NCBI GenBank assembly: GCA_039802325.1
Contig: JBDRWH010000002.1
Location: forward strand, 1-32,536
DNA from: a candidate division WOR-3 bacterium
GTDB taxonomy: Bacteria > Hydrothermota > Tepidihabitantia > SM23-42 > JAOAFX01
Length of the DNA stretch: 32,536 nt
Direction: 5' to 3'
The notes below the pieces were generated by a model. It was given only the letters and a program-made list of their open reading frames with translations. It did no database searches and had not been told where the DNA came from. Below, piece by piece: positions 24,185 through 32,149 of this stretch (the first letter of the stretch is position 1; each line of letters begins with the position of its first letter). Made by a program: the position numbers and the translations under genes.

Positions 24185-25185
24185 TTTGCTCCTTTTAGAA
24201 TCTGTTCAACGGTCAAACTGAGTAGTTTTATACTGTTTTTAATATCATTTACTGAGGCAATTGACAGAGGTGAGTGAATATAACGGGCAGGTGCAGACAA
24301 TACCGCTGATGGTATTCCTTCGCGTGTTAAATGAATCACACCAGCATCAGTACCTCCAATCATTGGTTGTTTATACTGATACTTAATATTATTTTTCTGT
24401 GCGGTTCTTTCAAATATTCTTAATAAATTCCTGTTACAGAAAACTGTAGCATCTGCAATGGTTAATACTGGACCCTTACCCAGGACTGGATAAGCCGGCA
24501 CATCTTTCTTTTCAGGAAATTCATTTGAACCAGTTGTATCAACTGCGATGGCGATATCAGGATTAATGCGAAATGCTACAATGCGGGCACCTCTCAGTCC
24601 GAGTTCTTCCTGGACGGTAAATGCATAAAAGGCGCTGAGATCTGTGTTTTTTATTATTTCCATGAGAATATAGCAACCGACACGATTGTCAAATGCCTTG
24701 CCAAATATCAAATTACCTTCTTTACGGAATTTTGTATCAAAAGTTGCAAGATCGCCAATCTGAATCAGTTTCTCTACTTCTTCTTTAGAACTTGCACCAA
24801 TGTCAATAAATAGTTCTTTAACTTCGGGAACAATATTTCTTTCTGCTGATTGGCTCAAATGGATTGGTTTGTGCCCGATTACACCCGGTATTCTTTTTTC
24901 ACCAATGATAATTCTCTTGGCAAGTATGGTGTGGGCACGGAGTCCAATTGTTTTAAACTTTAAAAGGCCACTTCTTTCAATCCCTGTGATCATCATACCG
25001 ACTTCATCCATATGTGCGGCAAGCATAATCTTTGTTTTCTTCGGTTTTCCTTTGCGGACGATAAGGTTGCCATACGCATCTTCTGTTATTTCGTCAACAT
25101 GGTTGTATATATTCTCTTTTATAAATGAGCGAATTCTATCTTCGTCACCACTCACACCCTCTATTTCACATAATTGCTTGAGCAT
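24175..25185 (-). CDS. M42-family (TET/FrvX-like) aminopeptidase, paralog 2
   Basis: SGDEDRI, AHMDEVGMMI, DNRVGC and QEELGLRGA motifs. 336 aa. Overlaps paralog 1 by 10 nt. Confidence 0.85.
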   Translation of the reverse strand: MLKQLCEIEGVSGDEDRIRSFIKENIYNHVDEITEDAYGNLIVRKGKPKKTKIMLAAHMDEVGMMITGIERSGLLKFKTIGLRAHTILAKRIIIGEKRIPGVIGHKPIHLSQSAERNIVPEVKELFIDIGASSKEEVEKLIQIGDLATFDTKFRKEGNLIFGKAFDNRVGCYILMEIIKNTDLSAFYAFTVQEELGLRGARIVAFRINPDIAIAVDTTGSNEFPEKKDVPAYPVLGKGPVLTIADATVFCNRNLLRIFERTAQKNNIKYQYKQPMIGGTDAGVIHLTREGIPSAVLSAPARYIHSPLSIASVNDIKNSIKLLSLTVEQILKGAKWN

Positions 25186-25190
25186 AGATA

Positions 25191-25218
25191 ATTATACCTA
25201 ATTAATCCATTTTGTCAA
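25191..25218 (-). promoter_or_regulatory. perfect sigma70 consensus promoter TTGACA-N16-TATAAT, 5 nt upstream of the M42 ATG (predicted leaderless)
   Basis: Reverse complement of 25213-25218 is TTGACA and of 25191-25196 is TATAAT, with a 16-nt spacer. TATCT then precedes the ATG at 25185. Confidence 0.65.
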
Positions 25219-25244
25219 CGACATTACCTGTTCTCGAGGGACAA

Positions 25245-25272
25245 TTGACATTAAGGGCAGATTTGGTATAAT
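25245..25272 (+). promoter_or_regulatory. perfect sigma70 consensus promoter TTGACA-N16-TATAAT (with TGG upstream of the -10 box) for the glycine-rich T9SS cargo gene
   Basis: TTGACA at 25245-25250 and TGGTATAAT at 25264-25272. AGGAGG at 25278-25283 precedes the ATG at 25288. Confidence 0.65.
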
Positions 25273-25287
25273 CATACAGGAGGAAGA

Positions 25288-26385
25288 ATGATAGACCTAT
25301 TATGCATGGTTTTTCTCCTGGGTTATGTCTATGAAGATAGTGATAGTCTGCTGATTATCAATGATAGTCTTGTTATGTGTGGTTATCATCAGTACAATGC
25401 CAAGGTTCATCTTATGAATAATGCGCTATTAAAGATTCGTTTATGGAATGGAATTGATTCAACTGGAAAGGTAATTCTGCATGCACCTCTTATCTATATC
25501 CATAATTCCACAATTGACGGTTCAGGTAAAGGTTATCTTGGTGGCACAAATACGCATCCTGACGGTTATGGGTCAGGATATGGACACGCAGGGGTCAGTG
25601 GTGGAGGAGGTGGTGGTGCCTATGGTGGTGCTGGAGGTGAAGGTGGTGATGTAAGCCCTGGTGCGGGTGGGGTTCCTTATGGGAATATCAGTGATACTGT
25701 AATTAATATGGGTTCAGGTGGTGGAGCAGGCCGGCTTGGTTCGGTTGATGGTTTTGGTGGTAATGGTGGAGCAATGATTTATTTGAAGGCACAAAAAGTG
25801 ACTATTGATACATCATCCATTTTTTGCAATGGAATGCGTGGTTATGATGGAAGTTATGAGGCAGGTGGTGGTGGGTCTGGAGGTGGTATAAAGATACAGG
25901 CAGATACCGTGAGGATCAAATACTCTGCAATGCAGGCAAAGGCCGGCGCTGGAGGTGATGCCGCAGGTGGGGGAGGTGGTGGTGCAGGCGGGGGTAGAAT
26001 CAAGGTCTTCTATGCAGTTATTGATACAGGCAATTTAATCTTGTCAGTATCAGGTGGAACAGGCGGTATTGGTGGTTATGGCAATGGCGAGAATGGTTTT
26101 TCAGGAACAATATACTTTGGACCACTTGTTGCAGCAGAAGAGATATTTCAGAATGACTTATCAGTTTATAATATCCTGCCGGGAATAACGAATGGCTGGT
26201 TCACGGTCTGTTCAGAAAAAAATACTGGAGAGTTATTAATTTATAACCCTGCGGGCAGGACGGTAAAGAAAATGAGAATTAGCAATAGAATTCAAAAATT
26301 TGAAATTTCTGAATTGCCTAATGGAATATATTTTGTAAAAATTGATGGATGTAAGTCCTTTGCGAAAATAACCTTGATCAAATGA
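25288..26385 (+). CDS. secreted glycine-rich repeat protein with a T9SS (Por) C-terminal sorting domain
   Basis: The C-terminal ~70 aa (LLIYNPAGRTVKKM...ISELPNGIYFVKIDGCKSFAKITLIK) fit the T9SS type-A sorting domain pattern. The central part alternates Gly-rich loops with short beta-strand-like segments. The N-terminus is hydrophobic. Confidence 0.7.
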   Translation: MIDLLCMVFLLGYVYEDSDSLLIINDSLVMCGYHQYNAKVHLMNNALLKIRLWNGIDSTGKVILHAPLIYIHNSTIDGSGKGYLGGTNTHPDGYGSGYGHAGVSGGGGGGAYGGAGGEGGDVSPGAGGVPYGNISDTVINMGSGGGAGRLGSVDGFGGNGGAMIYLKAQKVTIDTSSIFCNGMRGYDGSYEAGGGGSGGGIKIQADTVRIKYSAMQAKAGAGGDAAGGGGGGAGGGRIKVFYAVIDTGNLILSVSGGTGGIGGYGNGENGFSGTIYFGPLVAAEEIFQNDLSVYNILPGITNGWFTVCSEKNTGELLIYNPAGRTVKKMRISNRIQKFEISELPNGIYFVKIDGCKSFAKITLIK

Positions 26386-26413
26386 CATATTCTATGCAAA
26401 TATCAGGCAACTA

Positions 26414-28429
26414 ATGGAACCTCAACAGATCAAAGATCTGCTCAAGCGGACCTGGGTTGGGTTCTTTAGCCGATTCGGAAGTTTCACACCAGTTCAAGAA
26501 TTGGCAATTCCTCATATACTAAACAGAGAAAATGTTGTTGTCATCTCGCCGGCGGCAACAGGCAAGACTGAGGCGGTGATTGCACCGGTCCTTGAGAATT
26601 TGCTCAAGGAAGATACCAGAGGGCTGAAGGTTTTGTATATTACGCCAACCCGGGCATTGGTGAATGATTTGTTTCGGCGACTTGAAGAGCCAATCGGTAC
26701 GTTAGGTTTGACATTGGGTAGAAAAACCGGTGATCATCCAGTTATTGATAAAGATAGACTCCCGAATGTTTTGTTAACCACGCCTGAATCCTTTGATTCA
26801 ATGTTGACCAGGCAGCCCACGATTTTCTTGCATCTGTTTGCGATAATTCTCGATGAAATCCATCTTCTTGATAACACACCAAGGGGTGATCAATTGAGGG
26901 TCCTGCTAATTCGTTTGAGAAGAATACTTCAGAAAAAAGATATTAGAATCCAGTACTGTGCGCTTTCAGCAACAATTGATGATCTGAAGATAGGTGAAAG
27001 GTATTTTGACAACCCCAGGGTTTGTTTGTTAAAGTCACCCAGGGAGATTGAATATGTTTTGATACCGACGAATGAGTTCACAAATGCAATATTCAGCATT
27101 GCCCAGGTCTACCACCTCAAAAAGATTCTCGCATTTTTTAATGCCCGAAGTTTTGCCGAGAGTTTTTCCCAGAAGTTCAATAGACCTCCATTTGAAGATA
27201 AGGTATTTGTCCATCATGCAAGTTTGCCCCGGTTAAGAAGGGAAGAGGTGGAAAGAATTATGAATCAGTCAGAACGGGCGATGCTTTTAGCAACTTCAAC
27301 TCTGGAACTTGGTATTGATATTGGGGATGTTGATGCTATTGTCCTTTACCGACCTCCATATAATATTTCTTCGTTGCTACAGCGGAGTGGTCGTGGTAAT
27401 CGTAGAACTGATAAACTTTTTGCAATCGGTGTTTATTCAAACAACTGGGAAAAAAATCTTTTTGATACATTTTTTGATTGCGCACGAAAAGGTGAGTTAT
27501 ATGAAAAAAGATATCAACCTCTATTATCAATAATTCCACAGCAGATTTATTCCTATCTTTACCAGAGACGGAGGATTGGAACAACCCTGAATGGTCTTTA
27601 TCAGATATTTGGGGATATTTATTCTGAGGAAATTGTCAAAGATGTTTTCAAGAAATTGTTCAACGATGGGACAATCAAGGAACAAAGACCGGGCATTTAT
27701 CATCTGAGTGATAGACTTGAAACCAAAATATCTTATGGTAAGATCCATTCTAATATTGCCGAAAAATCTTTTGGGGAATATGATGTATATGATATCAGCA
27801 CGGGAATAATGATTGGCAGAATCTTCTACCTGCTTGAAAAATTTATTCTCGGTGGTAAGTGCTGGGAGAAGGTCCAGGTTATTGAAAAAGAGAAAAAAGT
27901 ATCTGCGCGCTTCATCGGTGAGGGACCGGAATTTTCAAAGATTTTTGAAGGAAAGGGTGCGGGTAATTACAACTATCTCCTTTCTGCAGTACTAAAGAAT
28001 AGGTTTTTTACAGAACTACAGCCTGCAGAATTTCCATTTTTTTATGATGGCAAAAATACACATATATTTCATCTTTTTGGTTCGCTTTATGGATTTATTG
28101 TGGCTGAGGCATTGTTTGAACAAGGTATTGATGCAGTTGATATTGAAGGGAAAATACTTACCTTGCAGAATTTTCAGATGTCCGATGATAGGTTTCCTGC
28201 TCCGGATCTGGTTTCTATAAAAAAGGTTATTGCTAATAATATTGCAAGGTTTGAAGACGCCCTGGGCAGTGGTGCCTTTTTCTATGATCTACCTTCAACA
28301 TTACAGATAGAAGACCATCTTTTGAATTTAGACATCAGGGGCTTTTTAGAATTTTTGAGTGCTATTAAAATGGTTCAGGTGTCAGGGCAGGAGTTCAGCA
28401 AGATGTTGAAGTCTATTGCAATTCAATGA
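26414..28429 (+). CDS. SF2 DEAD/DEAH-box helicase, Lhr-like core, with an uncharacterised ~300-aa C-terminal region
   Basis: Motif I AATGKTEA, motif II DEIH, motif III SAT, HHASL, TSTLELGIDIG, and motif VI QRSGRGNRR. I recognise no motif after about residue 370. Confidence 0.75.
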   Translation: MEPQQIKDLLKRTWVGFFSRFGSFTPVQELAIPHILNRENVVVISPAATGKTEAVIAPVLENLLKEDTRGLKVLYITPTRALVNDLFRRLEEPIGTLGLTLGRKTGDHPVIDKDRLPNVLLTTPESFDSMLTRQPTIFLHLFAIILDEIHLLDNTPRGDQLRVLLIRLRRILQKKDIRIQYCALSATIDDLKIGERYFDNPRVCLLKSPREIEYVLIPTNEFTNAIFSIAQVYHLKKILAFFNARSFAESFSQKFNRPPFEDKVFVHHASLPRLRREEVERIMNQSERAMLLATSTLELGIDIGDVDAIVLYRPPYNISSLLQRSGRGNRRTDKLFAIGVYSNNWEKNLFDTFFDCARKGELYEKRYQPLLSIIPQQIYSYLYQRRRIGTTLNGLYQIFGDIYSEEIVKDVFKKLFNDGTIKEQRPGIYHLSDRLETKISYGKIHSNIAEKSFGEYDVYDISTGIMIGRIFYLLEKFILGGKCWEKVQVIEKEKKVSARFIGEGPEFSKIFEGKGAGNYNYLLSAVLKNRFFTELQPAEFPFFYDGKNTHIFHLFGSLYGFIVAEALFEQGIDAVDIEGKILTLQNFQMSDDRFPAPDLVSIKKVIANNIARFEDALGSGAFFYDLPSTLQIEDHLLNLDIRGFLEFLSAIKMVQVSGQEFSKMLKSIAIQ

Positions 28430-28466
28430 ACTGAATAATTTTTTCATTTTCTTGAACATGCGAATA

Positions 28467-28494
28467 TTGACATTCCTGTAGTTTTCTATATAAT
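28467..28494 (+). promoter_or_regulatory. perfect sigma70 consensus promoter TTGACA-N16-TATAAT, 8 nt upstream of the glmS ATG (predicted leaderless or 1-3 nt leader)
   Basis: TTGACA at 28467-28472 and TATAAT at 28489-28494. TGAATACA then precedes the ATG at 28503. Confidence 0.65.
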
Positions 28495-28502
28495 TGAATA
28501 CA

Positions 28503-30329
28503 ATGTGTGGAATTGTAGGTTATATAGGACCGCGAGATATTGCGAGTGTGCTGTTGGGTGGTTTGTGGCGACTTGAATATCGGGGTTATGATTCAAGCGG
28601 TATCGCTGTTATTAATAACGAAGAGTTGTTGATTCGGAAAATTCCTGGTAAGTTGAGTGAATTACAGGAGTTATTGAAAAGAGCACCGGTAAGTGGTAGT
28701 ATTGGCATCGGTCACACACGCTGGGCAACACACGGTGGTCCTCATGAAGAAAATACCCATCCCCTTATTGATTGTAACGAAGAGATTGCACTTGTAGTCA
28801 ATGGAATCATAGAAAATTATCATTTACTAAAAGACGAATTGGAGGCGAGGGGGCATTTATTCCGTTCTTATACAGATTCTGAAGTGATTGTTCATCTCAT
28901 TGAAGAAAATCTAAAAACAAACTTGTTTGATGCAGTGCTTGAGACGGTTGCCAGACTTAAAGGCAATTTCGCTTTTGCCGTGATCTATACAAAGGATTCA
29001 GAACATATTGTGTGTGCAAGGCATGATGCGCCTCTGGTTCTGAGTATCAATGATAATGAAGCAGCCCTGGCAAGCGATGTTTCTGGTGTTGTTGCGATAT
29101 TTGACAGGATAATTGATATGCCTAATGATACAGTTGCAGTGATATCACCGAGGAACTATTCAATCAAGAATTTTAAGGGCGATGAAATCTTGATTCAACC
29201 CAGAAAGGTCACAATAAAGGTAAAAGATATTGAAAAAGACAACTTTCCTCACTTCATGCTCAAAGAAATATATGAACAGCCCCGTATTTTTTCTCAGATT
29301 ATTCAGGAACGCATTGTTAATAATCGTATTATTCTTGGTCCAGAAATACACTTTACCGATAAAGATTTTTTAAAGATCTCTCGGATATATATTCAGGCAT
29401 GCGGAACCTCCTGGCATGCAGGGGTTGTTGGGAAGTATCTGATTGAAAGGTTTGCCCGAGTCAGCACTGAGGTTGATATCTCCAGTGAATTCCGATATCG
29501 GGATATGGTTCTTGATGGCGATACAATGGTTATGGCGATCAGCCAATCTGGAGAGACTGCAGATACGATTGCCGGCTTGAGGGAAGCAAAAGCAAGATTT
29601 TTAAGAGTCCTTTCTCTTGTAAATGTTCAGCATTCAAGTATCTATAAAGAATCCGATAGTGCAATTTCCATTATGGCGGGACCTGAAATTGGTGTTGCTT
29701 CTACCAAGGCATACACCGCAGAAATTTTGAATCTATATTTATTCAGCCTTTATCTTGGAATGCTCAGGGGATTTGTCCGTGAAGATGAACTGCTATATCA
29801 CATTAATGAAATAAAAAAGGTACCCGGCCAGATAGAGAAAATACTGAGCAAACAGGATGAAATCAGAAAAATTGCCCTGCAATTCTACAATTCGAGGGAT
29901 TTTTTATTTTTGGGTAGAGGTATAAACTATCCTACAGCACTTGAAGGTGCGTTGAAATTGAAGGAGATTTCTTATATTCATGCTACTGGTTATGCAGCGG
30001 GTGAAATGAAGCACGGACCAATTGCTTTAATTGATGAACACATGCCCGTAGTATGTATCAACCCAAAATCAAGTGTATATGATAAAATGTTGAACAATAT
30101 ACAGGAAGTTGTAGCACGCAAAGGTCAGGTTATAAGTGTGACAACAGAAAATGATAAGGCAACGAGTTCGATCAGTAAGTATGTAATTGAAATTCCTGAA
30201 TGCACTGAGTTTATTTCGCCAATTCTTGCGGTAGTTCCTTTGCAACTGCTCGCATATTTTATTGCAACATTTAAGGGTCTTGATGTTGACCGCCCGCGAA
30301 ATCTCGCAAAGAGTGTCACGGTTGAATAG
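28503..30329 (+). CDS. glmS: glutamine--fructose-6-phosphate aminotransferase
   Basis: MCGIVGY: the N-terminal nucleophile Cys must be residue 2, so the start is the ATG at 28503 and not the track TTG at 28494. The protein has two SIS domains and the family-typical C-terminus LAKSVTVE. Confidence 0.95.
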   Translation: MCGIVGYIGPRDIASVLLGGLWRLEYRGYDSSGIAVINNEELLIRKIPGKLSELQELLKRAPVSGSIGIGHTRWATHGGPHEENTHPLIDCNEEIALVVNGIIENYHLLKDELEARGHLFRSYTDSEVIVHLIEENLKTNLFDAVLETVARLKGNFAFAVIYTKDSEHIVCARHDAPLVLSINDNEAALASDVSGVVAIFDRIIDMPNDTVAVISPRNYSIKNFKGDEILIQPRKVTIKVKDIEKDNFPHFMLKEIYEQPRIFSQIIQERIVNNRIILGPEIHFTDKDFLKISRIYIQACGTSWHAGVVGKYLIERFARVSTEVDISSEFRYRDMVLDGDTMVMAISQSGETADTIAGLREAKARFLRVLSLVNVQHSSIYKESDSAISIMAGPEIGVASTKAYTAEILNLYLFSLYLGMLRGFVREDELLYHINEIKKVPGQIEKILSKQDEIRKIALQFYNSRDFLFLGRGINYPTALEGALKLKEISYIHATGYAAGEMKHGPIALIDEHMPVVCINPKSSVYDKMLNNIQEVVARKGQVISVTTENDKATSSISKYVIEIPECTEFISPILAVVPLQLLAYFIATFKGLDVDRPRNLAKSVTVE

Positions 30330-30339
30330 TCATATTAAA

Positions 30340-30369
30340 TTGCACAGCAGTCCACAATTTAATTATAAT
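30340..30369 (+). promoter_or_regulatory. sigma70-type promoter TTGCAC-N18-TATAAT for the GalT-like/HAD pair
   Basis: TTGCAC at 30340-30345 and TATAAT at 30364-30369. GGAGGA at 30393-30398 precedes the ATG at 30402. Confidence 0.5.
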
Positions 30370-30401
30370 TACCAGGGTTTTGAATTATCTGTGGAGGATA
30401 T

Positions 30402-31412
30402 ATGTCGGAAGTAAGAAGGGACATTGTGACCGATACCTGGGTAATCATTGATACTGATAATGAAGAGATACCAATGGTTTCTGCTGAAATCCCTACTGCG
30501 AATAGCCCTTGTCCATTCTGTGAGGGCAATGAATTCAAGACACCAAAGGAAATCTATGCAATCAGAGATGGGTCTCAACCCAACAGCCCTGGATGGAAGG
30601 TCAGGGTGGTCCCCAATATCCATCCGATTCTCAGGGTTGAAGGCGAATTAGAAAAATTTGGGGTAGGGGTATATGATATGGTTACTGGTACAGGTGCCAA
30701 TGAAGTGATTATTGAATCACCCCAGCATATAACAAATCTGGCTGACCTTGCGCAGGATCAGATTGCCCTTGTTCTTGATACATACAGGTTTCGGATTGAG
30801 GATTTGCACAAAGATAAAAGAATCAGGTATGTATTAATATTCAAAAATTATGGACGACTTGCCGGGTCTTCTACAATCAGTCATTTACATTCTGATTTAA
30901 TTGCCTTACCGGCAACACCAAATCGGGTAAAACAGAAACTCAATGGTGCATACGAATACTACCGATACAAGGAGCGTTGTCTTTTCTGTGATATTATCCA
31001 GCAGGAGATTGAAATGGGTGAAAGGCTCATTTTTCAGACCGAATATTTTGTCTCCTTTGCTCCTTACGCATCAAGATTTCCAGGAGAAGTCATGATCATA
31101 CCCAAGTACCACGCATTTTCTTACAAACTTATAAAAAAACCCGAATTAAATGACCTTGCCTATGTGCTGAAAAAGGTCGGCTCGGCAATTCGTGCCGGGC
31201 TTGGTGATCCACCATATAATATGGTACTTACGGATAGTCCTAATCTCCTGCCGCGACCTGATTACTGGAAGACAATTGAACAGGATTTTCACTGGCATAT
31301 TGAAATCATCCCACGTACTTATCGAACCACTGGTTTTGAATTGGGCACAGGTTTTTATATCAACAGGTATGGACCGGAAAAATCAGCGAAGATATTACGA
31401 GCAAACCTATGA
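30402..31412 (+). CDS. GalT-like HIT-superfamily hexose-1-phosphate nucleotidyltransferase / NDP-sugar phosphorylase
   Basis: CPFCEGNE zinc knuckle, ESPQH, the SHLHSD active-site HxH, and FHWHIEIIPR. All are collinear with E. coli GalT motifs CFLCAGN, SPDH, HPHGQ and HWQLHAHFYPP. Confidence 0.7.
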   Translation: MSEVRRDIVTDTWVIIDTDNEEIPMVSAEIPTANSPCPFCEGNEFKTPKEIYAIRDGSQPNSPGWKVRVVPNIHPILRVEGELEKFGVGVYDMVTGTGANEVIIESPQHITNLADLAQDQIALVLDTYRFRIEDLHKDKRIRYVLIFKNYGRLAGSSTISHLHSDLIALPATPNRVKQKLNGAYEYYRYKERCLFCDIIQQEIEMGERLIFQTEYFVSFAPYASRFPGEVMIIPKYHAFSYKLIKKPELNDLAYVLKKVGSAIRAGLGDPPYNMVLTDSPNLLPRPDYWKTIEQDFHWHIEIIPRTYRTTGFELGTGFYINRYGPEKSAKILRANL

Positions 31413-32098
31413 TAAAAGGAATAATCTTTGACCTTGATAATACCCTGGTTGATTTTATGGCAATGAAGGAATCAGCAGTTGATTCTGCGATCAGCGCAAT
31501 GATTGATGCGGGTTTGAAAATGGACAAAAATATTGCTAAACAGAAGATCTTTGAGATTTATGGAGAAGTTGGAATTGAAGATCAGACGGTCTTTGATAAA
31601 TTCCTCATGCGTGAATTTGGCTACATTGATTCACGAATACACGCAGCAGGAATTGTTGGTTATCGTCGGGCACGAGAGGCAACCCTGGTGCTTTATCCTC
31701 ATGTTTATATCACTCTTATTGAACTGATAAAAAGAGGTATGAAACTTGCGGTTGTGACTGATGCACCTAAATTGCAGGCCTGGTTGCGATTGTGTCAATT
31801 GAACTTACATCACCTTTTTGATGTAGTTGTGACTTTTGAGGATACATACAAGCGTAAACCTGATTCTGCACCTTTCAAGATTACCCTTGAAAGACTGAAG
31901 ATGCAACCAGATGAGACAATGATGGTTGGGGATTGGGCTGAAAGGGATATTGTGGGAGCAAAAACCCTTGGCATGAAGACGGTCTTTGCCCGGTATGGTG
32001 ATACTTTTGGTACGAAGAATTCGGGTGCGGATTATGAAATTAATGATATAATCCAATTGCTTGAGATTGTGGACAATCTGGCTAATAAGAAAGTATAG
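31409..32098 (+). CDS. HAD-superfamily (subfamily IA) phosphatase
   Basis: Motif I IIFDLDNTLVDF (DxDxT), motif II VVTDAP, and motifs III/IV K...MVGDWAERDI. Its ATG overlaps the GalT-like stop (ATGA). Confidence 0.8.
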   Translation: MIKGIIFDLDNTLVDFMAMKESAVDSAISAMIDAGLKMDKNIAKQKIFEIYGEVGIEDQTVFDKFLMREFGYIDSRIHAAGIVGYRRAREATLVLYPHVYITLIELIKRGMKLAVVTDAPKLQAWLRLCQLNLHHLFDVVVTFEDTYKRKPDSAPFKITLERLKMQPDETMMVGDWAERDIVGAKTLGMKTVFARYGDTFGTKNSGADYEINDIIQLLEIVDNLANKKV

Positions 32099-32149
32099 TA
32101 GTTATTGGACCGCAATTTTGACAAGAAAATACCTGTTTGATTTTTTAAT

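Noticed and set aside
26414-28429. Helicase as the core of an anti-phage defence system or mobile island.
   Set aside because: There is no adjacent nuclease, methyltransferase, ATPase partner, integrase, tRNA or direct repeats. The flanking genes are housekeeping or secreted-protein genes of similar composition.
28430-28502. glmS ribozyme or another riboswitch upstream of glmS, and riboswitches upstream of hutI or the folate-linked ftcD.
   Set aside because: The intergenic regions are 73 nt and 122 nt long and are largely occupied by promoter elements that end 5-8 nt from the start codons. There is no space for a structured leader.
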